Virus record (IMG/VR): IMGVR_UViG_3300018405_000021
Coordinates: 1 to 60,165 of that record
Length of the DNA stretch: 60,165 bases
Direction: 5' to 3' (one strand)
From: a virus
Taxonomy: Duplodnaviria > Caudoviricetes
This document shows positions 16,779-25,370 of the stretch, one piece after another (position 1 is the stretch's first letter; the number at the start of each line of letters is the position of its first letter). The position numbers and the translations under genes are program-made. The notes below the pieces were generated by a model. It did not search any database, was not told the DNA's origin, and saw nothing but the letters and a program-made list of their open reading frames with translations.

Positions 16779-17767
16779 CAATCAATTGCGTTAACCAAGT
16801 CGTTACGGATCGATACGCAATCTATGAAGGAGATGCTTGCGAGTTGATCAGAGAAGTCCCAGGAGACAGCGTCCATTTCGGCATTCACTCTCCTCCATTC
16901 GAAGGACTTTATAGGTTCAGCAACTACGACCGCGACATATCAAACAACGACGGAGAAAGCTTCTGGTCGCACTATGGATTTCTGATTTCGGAACTCCTAC
17001 GAGTTACGAAGCCGGGCCGCGTCCATAGCGTTCATTGCATGCAGTTGCCTACTAGCAAGACACGTCATGGGTTCATCGGCATGAGGGACTTTCGAGGTGA
17101 GATTGTACGGGCATACGAGGACGCAGGATGGATTTTCCATTCCGAGGTTTGCATTTGGAAAGACCCTGTTGTCGCGCAGCAACGCACGAAATCAATTCGT
17201 CTACTCCACAAGCAGATCGAGAAGGACAGCACGATCAGCGGCATGGGCCTTGCTGACTACATCGTCAGTTTCCGCAAGCCGGGGGATAACGAAAAGGCCG
17301 TATCTGGCATGTTCGAGCTGTGGTCTGGTGATGATAGCTTAGACGTAAGCCGTGAAGCGTATGACCGCCACAGAAAGCAGGTCGAAGCCGAAGGAAAGAG
17401 CGCGTGGCCGTTCGACAAATGGCGGTCCATCCTCATCTGGCAGCGATATGCATCCCCGGTATGGTCTGATATTGACCAGACGAACACTCTTCAATATCGC
17501 GGTGGTCGCGACGAGAAGGATGAACAGCACATTTCTCCGCTTCAACTCGACGTTATCGAGCGTTGCCTTAGCCTGTGGTCTTTGCCGGGCGAGACTGTCT
17601 TGACGCCGTTTCTTGGGATAGGAAGCGAGGTTTACTCTGCCGTTAAGATGGGTCGCAAGGGCGTCGGGTTTGAGCTAAAGCCGTCGTACTTCCGGCAGGC
17701 CGTGAAAAATATCAAAGAGCTTGACCGTGACGAACCTGCATTGCTTTTCGGGGCTGTTAACCAATGA
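16775..17767 (+). CDS. N4/N6 amino-DNA methyltransferase (beta class)
   Basis: HSPPF catalytic motif before the TPFLGIGSE SAM-binding motif. Confidence 0.9.
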   Translation: MTINCVNQVVTDRYAIYEGDACELIREVPGDSVHFGIHSPPFEGLYRFSNYDRDISNNDGESFWSHYGFLISELLRVTKPGRVHSVHCMQLPTSKTRHGFIGMRDFRGEIVRAYEDAGWIFHSEVCIWKDPVVAQQRTKSIRLLHKQIEKDSTISGMGLADYIVSFRKPGDNEKAVSGMFELWSGDDSLDVSREAYDRHRKQVEAEGKSAWPFDKWRSILIWQRYASPVWSDIDQTNTLQYRGGRDEKDEQHISPLQLDVIERCLSLWSLPGETVLTPFLGIGSEVYSAVKMGRKGVGFELKPSYFRQAVKNIKELDRDEPALLFGAVNQ

Positions 17768-19230
17768 ACGCGCACCAAAACTTCACTGCTGATCAGCGGC
17801 GCGACCTGCCGGGGAACATCGAAGCAGAACAAGCCGTCCTCGGCGCGGTTATGGTCAACAATGCCGTCCTTGGCGCGGTCATGTCCCGCGTCAATCTGAT
17901 GGCGGAACACTTCTACGAGCCGATCCACCGCGACATTTTCGCGGGGGTCATTGACTTAGCCGCGCATGGCAAGCCGGTAAACCCAATTACGCTCATGCCG
18001 TACTTGCCAAAGGGACAGATGGTTTCGGGCGACATGAGCGCGGCGCAGTACCTTGCTAGGCTGTCCATGGGCACGGTGTCTATTGCACAGGCCCCATTCA
18101 TCGCGGAGAGCATTGTCGCCGCTCACGCCGCCCGTGAGGCGATTTATGTGTCGGACGAAGTGGCAAACGAAGCATATAATCGCTGGCATGAGGCAGGCTT
18201 CATCGATGCCATCGGAAAGCTATCTACGCGGCTTGTAAACGCCGCTGAGAGCGCCAAGGCAACGGAGAGGCAAAGGCCCGGAGACGCTTATATCGAGCGC
18301 TACAGTGCCAGCGCGGGGGCCACTGGCGTCAATGGTGTTTCTATCGGCCTTGTTGCCTTGCAGAAAGTCCTGAACGAAACTGTGTTCGAAGCGGGAAACC
18401 TGTATGGCCTTCTTTCGTCGTCAGGCGAAGGAAAAACCAGTTTAACGCTGCAAATCATCTTCCATGCAATCACAACGGGTCACCCGGTTCTATTCCTTTC
18501 CTATGACCAATCTGCATCGCAATGCGTTGCCCAGATGGTCGCGCAGAACAAGGGGATCAGTACGGCGCAGCAGAAGACGCCAGAGCGCGGCATGAGCCAG
18601 CATGAACGGGATACTGCCCTTGAATTCGCTGTCTGGATCAATTCTCTTCCTCTGGATATCATCCGTTGCCAGCGCGAGGGGAATGCGCGCCTCATGAACT
18701 ACGCAAAACAGTTCATCACGAAATACCGGGCGAAATACAGCAAGACGCCGCTTGTCGTGATCGACCATATCAAGAAAATCCGGCCCCGCGATGACCGTAT
18801 GTCGCCTGACAAGATTGCCGGCGAGATCAACGTGGAATGGAAGTCATTCGCGGATGAACAGCAGAGCGCCGTTCTCATGCTGAACCAGCGTAACACGGAA
18901 GGCACGCGGCGCATGAACCCACGTCCCATCGGGAAAGACGTGTACGGTGGCGAGGGCGCAAAAGAAGATTATGACGGGATGATTTACCTCTATCGCCCCG
19001 CGAAGTACAAAAAAGACCTTCTGGACACGGCGTCCAGCGACCGGGAACGCGGACAGATCAATGCGATCTTCGCGGAATTCGGGGATGAAGACGCTATCAA
19101 GACAGTGGCGGAAATCGGCGCTATCAAGTTGCGGTTCGGTGACCCATCGATACGTGAGAGAATGCAATTTGAGGCGCGGTATACGCGCTACAAATGCGAA
19201 GAGGACGACGAAGAGAGGATGATGTTTTGA
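17764..19230 (+). CDS. dnaB: DnaB-like replicative helicase
   Basis: NIEAEQAVLGA...HFYEPIHRDIF, SSGEGKTS, VVIDH, LNQ. Confidence 0.85.
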   Translation: MNAHQNFTADQRRDLPGNIEAEQAVLGAVMVNNAVLGAVMSRVNLMAEHFYEPIHRDIFAGVIDLAAHGKPVNPITLMPYLPKGQMVSGDMSAAQYLARLSMGTVSIAQAPFIAESIVAAHAAREAIYVSDEVANEAYNRWHEAGFIDAIGKLSTRLVNAAESAKATERQRPGDAYIERYSASAGATGVNGVSIGLVALQKVLNETVFEAGNLYGLLSSSGEGKTSLTLQIIFHAITTGHPVLFLSYDQSASQCVAQMVAQNKGISTAQQKTPERGMSQHERDTALEFAVWINSLPLDIIRCQREGNARLMNYAKQFITKYRAKYSKTPLVVIDHIKKIRPRDDRMSPDKIAGEINVEWKSFADEQQSAVLMLNQRNTEGTRRMNPRPIGKDVYGGEGAKEDYDGMIYLYRPAKYKKDLLDTASSDRERGQINAIFAEFGDEDAIKTVAEIGAIKLRFGDPSIRERMQFEARYTRYKCEEDDEERMMF

Positions 19231-19284
19231 AGGGGTGCATATTTCAATGAAATCGCGAACGACGCGGAGGACCTTTTCGGATGA
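19227..19284 (+). pseudogene. Orphaned original 5' end of the C5 methyltransferase
   Basis: GGT GCA TAT TTC AAT GAA ATC (GAYFNEI) duplicates AYFNEI at the start of the 19696 gene. Confidence 0.65.
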
Positions 19285-19724
19285 CAGTTGAACAGCGATT
19301 TAGAGCGAAATTTATCGCCGATGAAGACACGGGCTGCTGGAACTGGACGGCATGCAAGCAGCCGACCGGCTACGGAAACATGTGGAACGGCCAGCGCGTC
19401 GAGCAGGCACACCGGATCGCGTACCGACTGTTCTGCGGCCCCATCCCTGAAGGCCGCGAGATTGATCACGTATGCCGTAATCGCGGCTGCGTTAACCCTG
19501 ATCATCTGCGCGCCGTGACGCACCGCGAGAATATGCGGGTCAGCGACACGGTAATGGGCAGGAACGCCGCGAAGCTATTCTGCAAACGCGGCCATCCTTT
19601 CAGTGGACAAAATCTATTCATCTCGAAGTCCGGCGCGCGACAATGCCGGACTTGCATAAACATGCACGCCAGAAACGCAAAACGCAGGAGAAAAGATGGT
19701 GGGCAGACCGCTGGCTTACTTTAA
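19281..19724 (+). CDS. HNH homing endonuclease
   Basis: GCWNWT...GYG...AHRIAY...IDHVCRNRGCVNPDHL...EN, CKRGH...CRTC. Confidence 0.92.
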   Translation: MTVEQRFRAKFIADEDTGCWNWTACKQPTGYGNMWNGQRVEQAHRIAYRLFCGPIPEGREIDHVCRNRGCVNPDHLRAVTHRENMRVSDTVMGRNAAKLFCKRGHPFSGQNLFISKSGARQCRTCINMHARNAKRRRKDGGQTAGLL

Positions 19725-20745
19725 TGAAATAGATCCATACGCCGCGCAATGGCTGAGAAACCTAATCGCTGCTGGTCATATCGCGCCAGGCGACGTTGAT
19801 GAACGGAGTATTGTTGATGTCCATCCAGACGACCTTAAAGGATACACACAGTGCCATTTCTTCGCCGGGATCGGAGGGTGGTCATATGCCTTGCGTCTCG
19901 CAGGATGGCCCGATGACCGACCTGTTTGGACAGGAAGTTGCCCATGCCAGCCGTTCAGTGTCGCAGGGAAAGGCGAAGGTAAAGCCGACGAAAGGCATCT
20001 CTGGCCGGTCTTCTTCGCACTCATCCGTGCCAGACGGCCCGCTGTCGTCATGGGAGAGCAAGTTGCGGCTGCGGTTGGAAAAGATTGGCTCGACGGAGTG
20101 CAATCTGACTTGGAAAGTATCGGCTACGCCTGCGGGGCGGCTGTTGTCCCGGCTTGTGCCGTCGACGCGCCCCACAGAAGAGATCGCCTCTGGTTTGTGG
20201 CCCACCCCGACACTCCCAAACGGCGGGAGGTCGATAGCCTGCGCGGACGAATGGAGGGGCAACACGCCATATCACAAGGGAAAGAAGCTGCAAGTGGACC
20301 TTTCTCAGACCGTCAGGATGGTCGAGGGGGTCTCATTCTGGCCAACACCGAGAGCTGTGGACGGGGACAAGGGGCAGAGAACCCCTGCGGGAGTGATGGC
20401 CGAACTGAAGAGAAAAGGTCGGCTGGACGATCTCCCCTCAACGGCGGTGGCGCTCTGGGCGACACCGAAGGCTTCGGACGGCAAGGGGAATATCTATCTT
20501 CCGGAACCGGATTGCAGGCGCACGGAGCTTCGGAAGCAGGTCGGCGGAATAGCACTGCATGGTCAGGAGCAGAGTTCATCGTCGGCGCAGACGGGAAAGC
20601 CCGGCGCGTTGAACCCGGAATTCGTCTGCTGGCTCATGGGGTTCCCGGCAGAGTGGGAAAGCTGCGCGCCTATGGCAACGCCATCGTCCCGCAGGTTGCG
20701 GCGGAAATCATAGGCGCATACATGGATATCAACGATGTCAAATAA
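19696..20745 (+). CDS. C5-cytosine DNA methyltransferase, alpha polypeptide
   Basis: FFAGIGG (I), GSCPCQPFS (IV), GEQV (VI-like), HRRDRLWFVA (VIII), YGNAIVPQVA (X); no motif IX in this frame. Confidence 0.9.
   Translation: MVGRPLAYFNEIDPYAAQWLRNLIAAGHIAPGDVDERSIVDVHPDDLKGYTQCHFFAGIGGWSYALRLAGWPDDRPVWTGSCPCQPFSVAGKGEGKADERHLWPVFFALIRARRPAVVMGEQVAAAVGKDWLDGVQSDLESIGYACGAAVVPACAVDAPHRRDRLWFVAHPDTPKRREVDSLRGRMEGQHAISQGKEAASGPFSDRQDGRGGLILANTESCGRGQGAENPCGSDGRTEEKRSAGRSPLNGGGALGDTEGFGRQGEYLSSGTGLQAHGASEAGRRNSTAWSGAEFIVGADGKARRVEPGIRLLAHGVPGRVGKLRAYGNAIVPQVAAEIIGAYMDINDVK
19796..20713 (+). CDS. Overlapping +1-frame beta polypeptide of the C5 methyltransferase (start uncertain)
   Basis: 305 open codons inside the alpha gene; three W[P/A]TP modules and LNPEFVCWLMGFPAEW (motif IX-like). 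Confidence 0.75.
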   Translation: MMNGVLLMSIQTTLKDTHSAISSPGSEGGHMPCVSQDGPMTDLFGQEVAHASRSVSQGKAKVKPTKGISGRSSSHSSVPDGPLSSWESKLRLRLEKIGSTECNLTWKVSATPAGRLLSRLVPSTRPTEEIASGLWPTPTLPNGGRSIACADEWRGNTPYHKGKKLQVDLSQTVRMVEGVSFWPTPRAVDGDKGQRTPAGVMAELKRKGRLDDLPSTAVALWATPKASDGKGNIYLPEPDCRRTELRKQVGGIALHGQEQSSSSAQTGKPGALNPEFVCWLMGFPAEWESCAPMATPSSRRLRRKS

Positions 20746-21046
20746 GTTCAGCTTCGGGGCCATCCCCGCGAAAGGCGGCTTCATCGCCTACTATCGCATG
20801 GTGCATCGATCCGATAACTTCGTTTTGCGATCTGGGCGGCACGATATAATTTTCGCCACGCATCACGAGGCATATAAGGCCGCTGGCGATGCGTTTGTTG
20901 CATACCTAAACAGCCCGATAAGCGGGATGCGATTTGCAGCGGAGGAAGCGATGAGCAAGGCAGACGCACTGTTTAACCTGCCGCCCACGGTCAAGCAGCG
21001 CGGCAAGACAAAGCCTGTATTGGTCGAAAGGAAGGTGAGCGCATGA
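20735..21046 (+). CDS. Hypothetical protein
   Basis: Operon packing. Confidence 0.65.
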   Translation: MSNKFSFGAIPAKGGFIAYYRMVHRSDNFVLRSGRHDIIFATHHEAYKAAGDAFVAYLNSPISGMRFAAEEAMSKADALFNLPPTVKQRGKTKPVLVERKVSA

Positions 21047-21729
21047 GCCAGTTATCTATCCCTTTTGCTAATCCGCGAAAATCACTGACGAGAGAACTTC
21101 GTGTTCTTGTGGCGTGCGAATTTTCGGGGACTGTACGCAATGCATTTCTTGACAGAGGGCATGATGCATGGTCGTGCGACCTGTTGCCGGCGGAAGATGG
21201 AAGCAACCGCCATATCACTGGTGATGCGCGCGATATCCTGAATGATGGATGGGACATGCTCATCGTGGCGCATCCGCCATGCACACGGCTTTGCAATAGC
21301 GGTGTTCGGTGGCTGTCTGTCCCGCCGCCCGGCAAGACTGTTGATCAGATGCATGATGAGCTTCGAGAAGGGGCTGAACTGTTTTCGGCTTTCTGGAATG
21401 CGCCGATTGACCGCGTGTGCGTTGAGAACCCCGTCATGCATCGCCATGCAAAGGCGTTGATCGAAAACTACAATGAACCGGCGCAATCTGTGCAGCCTTG
21501 GCAGTTTGGCCATGGAGAGGTAAAGCGCACTTGCTTTTGGCTTCGTGGTCTCCCGGCGCTCACGCCAACGAACATTGTTGAAGGGCGTGAGGCGCGCGTT
21601 CACCGCATGCCCCCCGGCCCGGATCGACGGAAAGAGCGGAGCAGGTTCTTCACGGGAATTGCCGCAGCCATGGCCGACCAGTGGGGAGAATATGCAGTCA
21701 ATCAATTCCATGAGGAGATTGCAGCATGA
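21043..21729 (+). CDS. Short C5-methyltransferase-like protein
   Basis: VLVACEFSGTVR, AHPPCT, VENP, QPWQFGH...KRTCFWL, GIAAAMADQW. Confidence 0.8.
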   Translation: MSQLSIPFANPRKSLTRELRVLVACEFSGTVRNAFLDRGHDAWSCDLLPAEDGSNRHITGDARDILNDGWDMLIVAHPPCTRLCNSGVRWLSVPPPGKTVDQMHDELREGAELFSAFWNAPIDRVCVENPVMHRHAKALIENYNEPAQSVQPWQFGHGEVKRTCFWLRGLPALTPTNIVEGREARVHRMPPGPDRRKERSRFFTGIAAAMADQWGEYAVNQFHEEIAA

Positions 21730-21926
21730 AACCCGCCGCCCGTGATCTACCCTATCTCCGCGCTGCGGCGATGAACCCAACCGGGCGCACGTTCATCAGC
21801 TTCACGTCTGAGGTCTTCCTAAAGGCCAAGCAAGCAGGGTGGATGATCCCGACCCACTACGCGCACGTCGCGCAGATCACCGACAAGGGCCGGCAGGCGC
21901 TGGCGAAGCTGGAGGAAATGGAATGA
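21726..21926 (+). CDS. Hypothetical protein
   Basis: ATGA overlaps; ITDKGRQAL. Confidence 0.6.
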   Translation: MKPAARDLPYLRAAAMNPTGRTFISFTSEVFLKAKQAGWMIPTHYAHVAQITDKGRQALAKLEEME

Positions 21927-22201
21927 AGCTGACATCCGTAAAAATAAGACACGCTCCATTGTCCAACCGCATTGTTTTGGCGCGGTTTGGCAAAGACCAG
22001 AACGTAGCATTGGATACGGTGGATGCCACAAGCGATTTTTGGCAGACGCTTGTATCTTACGCATTCGACGGGAAAATGCCGGCTGAAGGCTTTGCATCAG
22101 AAGTAAGCTTTGGAGGAGGCGATGAGCAATTTGTCGTCACTGTCAAGCGCAAGGAAAACGTCACCCGCGCCGCTCTTGCCAAGATGGAGGCGGGAGAATG
22201 A
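21923..22201 (+). CDS. Hypothetical protein
   Basis: GGAGG RBS; ATGA overlap. Confidence 0.65.
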   Translation: MKLTSVKIRHAPLSNRIVLARFGKDQNVALDTVDATSDFWQTLVSYAFDGKMPAEGFASEVSFGGGDEQFVVTVKRKENVTRAALAKMEAGE

Positions 22202-22316
22202 CACCAGCACAATCACTATGGCTACGCGACATGCAATACAAAGGCATCAACATCGCCCCGGATATGTGGTCTCATCAATGCCCGACAACGAAACATAAGT
22301 ATGAGGAGATGGCGAA

Positions 22317-22922
22317 GTGCCCGCCACCCCAGTTTACACGCAGTCACAGCTAAATGCGCATAAAGCTGCACAAGAGCGAGCCAGACGGCGAAACGAAGCC
22401 GCTAGGCGCGCAGCTAACGGGAATGTGGAAGCGCGCGTCAGTGATGCAGATAAGCCGAAAGAGTACGCATTCGACTTTGCATCATTCGCAACGTCGGTAT
22501 CATTCTCAATCAAGCCGCATAGCGACTATACGCCATACGGGATAGGCTTCGCTGGTGGGCAGAGTGAATGCCTGCGGACGATGGATCAGATTGCTAGGGG
22601 CGTTCTCAAGGCATATCCAGGCATTACGCTGGCTGACATCAAGGGGAGCCGCAGGACGGCAAATATCTATTGGCCGCGCCACCATATCGTTCATTCCATT
22701 CTAGCCGAGCGCCCAGACATTTCATCAACGATGCTCGGTAGGTGGATGGGGGGGCGCGATCACACGTCAATTCTGAATTCCAAGCGTCAATGGGAAAACA
22801 AACTGCAAAGGGAAAAGGACAATGCAAGCAAATCAAAACATGACGCCGACGCAAGCCGCACTTTACGAGGCGGCAAGGGCGAGAGCCGAAAGAAAGGCGA
22901 GACAGGTTCAATGGATCAATGA
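22317..22922 (+). CDS. DnaA C-terminal (domain IV)-like HTH protein
   Basis: ITLADIKGSRRT...PRH...GRWMGGRDHTSILNS. Confidence 0.75.
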   Translation: MPATPVYTQSQLNAHKAAQERARRRNEAARRAANGNVEARVSDADKPKEYAFDFASFATSVSFSIKPHSDYTPYGIGFAGGQSECLRTMDQIARGVLKAYPGITLADIKGSRRTANIYWPRHHIVHSILAERPDISSTMLGRWMGGRDHTSILNSKRQWENKLQREKDNASKSKHDADASRTLRGGKGESRKKGETGSMDQ

Positions 22923-23358
22923 AGAAAAATCACGGGGACGTGTCGTGATGATGGTTCCGTGGGCGGCGCGCGTAAAGCCGGAATGGGAGCAGTGTGAAAC
23001 GCATTTCGACCAGCATGTGAAAGACAGCGGCCAGTTTATCGGGGCATTCTGCGACTGGCGAAAGTGGCTTTACCATAAGGCTGAGAAATACGGCATCACG
23101 TTTGACGATGTGGTCAGCAATAGCCGAAATGAAGCGGTTTTGTTCGCCCGCGAGGAGCTTATTTTCGCGCTCAAAAACGCCAGCGGCTTGAGCATGGACA
23201 ACATCGGGAAAATAATTGGCCGGCATCACTCCGCTGCGATTTATATGGTAAACAAGGCCAAGGCGCGACGTGGCGACGTTAAGGCTCAAGCCTTTATCGA
23301 CAAGAAGCGCATCCGTTCGCTTTCATATCACCACGAGAAGAAATCACACCGGGACTAG
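22822..23358 (+). CDS. Second DnaA C-terminal-like HTH protein
   Basis: YGITFDDVVSNSR...AR...LSMDNIGKIIGRHHSAAIY. Confidence 0.7.
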   Translation: MQANQNMTPTQAALYEAARARAERKARQVQWINEEKSRGRVVMMVPWAARVKPEWEQCETHFDQHVKDSGQFIGAFCDWRKWLYHKAEKYGITFDDVVSNSRNEAVLFAREELIFALKNASGLSMDNIGKIIGRHHSAAIYMVNKAKARRGDVKAQAFIDKKRIRSLSYHHEKKSHRD

Positions 23359-23382
23359 CCGACCGATAGAAAGGGAGAAACC

Positions 23383-23790
23383 GTGACTGACCACAAGGTG
23401 AATATCTATCGCGCCGCCCGTGACTGCGGCGTTACGCTTCTCGCGGGGCACCTGCATAGCCCCGCCAGCCGCAAGCCCCGCTTCTGCTTCTGCAAGCCCA
23501 CGGTGAGAGACGTAGGAAAGGCCCATGGCGAAGCTCATCTTAAACTCGTTCTGGCGCTCCTGACCGGGACGGATGCGAACGCCATGCACCTGTATGCAGA
23601 TGTTATCTGGGCCACGTCTGAAGTCCTTGCGCATAATGAATGGCTGATGAAATCCCCGACATTGCTTTCCGATTTTGACTGCATCGATATCGGGGCCTTG
23701 CGGGCAACGGCCCACGGCATGGCCTGCGGCATCCCTAAGGCTTACGTGATCCGCGTCCTTCTCCTCCAACGCCTTTCTGAGAGATCGTGA
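23383..23790 (+). CDS. Hypothetical protein
   Basis: GGAG RBS, GTG start. Confidence 0.7.
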   Translation: MTDHKVNIYRAARDCGVTLLAGHLHSPASRKPRFCFCKPTVRDVGKAHGEAHLKLVLALLTGTDANAMHLYADVIWATSEVLAHNEWLMKSPTLLSDFDCIDIGALRATAHGMACGIPKAYVIRVLLLQRLSERS

Positions 23791-24437
23791 TGACAGAATA
23801 CGCCGCATGGCATTGGAAGGCCGTCGAAGGCCGTGTGATCGAAATGGCAGACACGTTGCGCAAGCTTCCCGCAGACAAGGGGCCTAAGGCATATGGAAGC
23901 GCTATGCCGGAGGTGGTGCGCCGCTACGATGAAGAGAATGCGGAGCCGATCCGCGTTCCCCGCGCGCCGACCGGGGCCGCAATCGACCGTATGAATGAGT
24001 GCTTCGGGTGGATCAATAGCTATTTGGGAGAGCCGGAGCGCAAGCTTTTATACGCTTGGTCATGGGTAAAAGTCCGTCGCGGTATGAAAATCGCAGGACT
24101 TGCGTCAGAAAATGACATGAACGAGCGATTTTTGAGGCGGGAGATTACGGCCTATTGTCAACATATTGCAGACAATTTGAACCGATTGTTCATTTTACGG
24201 CTTGACAACGGGGATTTACCTTCGTCCGAAAGTGCGGCAGAAAACGATCAATCACATGTAACGTCCAACATTTGCGCGAAACGAGGTCGCAGCAATCATT
24301 GGATGGCAAGTGATGCAAAACCGGTGCATGACCCACAAAGTCCTGAGCTGGTCTCCCTCCGCGAAAGACTGACGGAGGGGAATGCGCGCCGTGAGGCGCT
24401 ACGCCGCGAAAAGCTGGCGCGTGAGGGGCTACTATGA
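23787..24437 (+). CDS. Putative late-transcription regulator (DUF6362/Q-like)
   Basis: VEGRVIEMADTLRKLP...PTGAAIDRMNECFGW; positioned before the late region. Confidence 0.6.
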   Translation: MMTEYAAWHWKAVEGRVIEMADTLRKLPADKGPKAYGSAMPEVVRRYDEENAEPIRVPRAPTGAAIDRMNECFGWINSYLGEPERKLLYAWSWVKVRRGMKIAGLASENDMNERFLRREITAYCQHIADNLNRLFILRLDNGDLPSSESAAENDQSHVTSNICAKRGRSNHWMASDAKPVHDPQSPELVSLRERLTEGNARREALRREKLAREGLL

Positions 24438-24628
24438 CGGAAGCCAGAGAAGCCCCGGAAGAGTGCGAGCCGCAACCCGTTGGATATGTCCGCGAAGGCA
24501 CGATATGCGGTGGACCGATCTGGATATTGTTCGACGGTGACGGTCGGGAGGTTCTGGTGACGGACAACCGGTCTTCCGTATTTTTTCACGCGGCGGCTAT
24601 AGACATGAAGATCGTGTTGCGGCATTGA
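24434..24628 (+). CDS. Hypothetical protein
   Basis: ATGA overlap. Confidence 0.5.
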   Translation: MTEAREAPEECEPQPVGYVREGTICGGPIWILFDGDGREVLVTDNRSSVFFHAAAIDMKIVLRH

Positions 24629-24639
24629 TTTGGTTAAGC

Positions 24640-25367
24640 CGATTTTTGGCGATAAGAACACTCTGCATGTGCCGATAGTCCTGGGTTCAGCCAGAAAGTC
24701 CGTTGAAAGACACGGATAGGTCATGCAGAGGACAAGTCCTGTCTGGCTTCCATGATGGAATTTCAGGCAGGCACCAATTCGCTCGATGGGGCGGAAAACT
24801 CTGCACCCGAAAGCTTTGGTTTTGGTGTGGTTTTAAGATTCGCCAAGGTCGCTACGGCAGAGTTTGTGAAAGACCAATAGATGCCGTTGGGGAAGCGATA
24901 CAGGTCAGTATTTGCGCGGTTCGCTACCGTCCTTAGAATACCTGCCCCACCAATTCGCCCGAACGGGCAACGAAATCGCTCGGGAGCACGGTTGTGCGTG
25001 AGGCGCTTTAGCCTCCCCGGCGTCAAGATCGGGAAGCGGCCAGCCTTAGCGGGCGAGCTTCAGGCACGATAAAGACGAGCGCCAACGTCTGCCTCTTCCC
25101 GACCAAATGCGAGACGAACGGCCTGTCTGAGTTTCGATATCGGAATGCCGATAACGCTAAGGTGCAGCATCAGGCCGACTGATCACCGGCTAGATACGAT
25201 GAACAGCCAGAAATGGGCGAGTGCTGGGCTTGCAATCCAGCGCGAGTGGGGTTGAAGCGTTCGACTGATAATCGGAAATGCTCGCAATAGCCGGTAGGCT
25301 GCGCCCAACGTTCATCGGCCAATAGTCCGGTTATTTATCCAGCCGGTGTCAACCCCGGCCATCGCAT
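24640..25367 (+). ncRNA. Candidate large structured non-coding RNA
   Basis: About 730 nt with no credible ORF and more than 15 complementary segments, including crossing pairings; followed by a terminator-like hairpin. Confidence 0.6.
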
Positions 25368-25370
25368 AAC

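Noticed and set aside
24661-24730. Hammerhead ribozyme-like three-way junction
   Set aside because: GAAA is present, but the core reads CCGATAG rather than CTGANGA and the stem III junction is imperfect; kept only as part of the larger RNA candidate.
24640-25367. Canonical tRNA or tmRNA genes
   Set aside because: No GTTCRANYC T-arm with a correct cloverleaf and no tag ORF recognised by eye.
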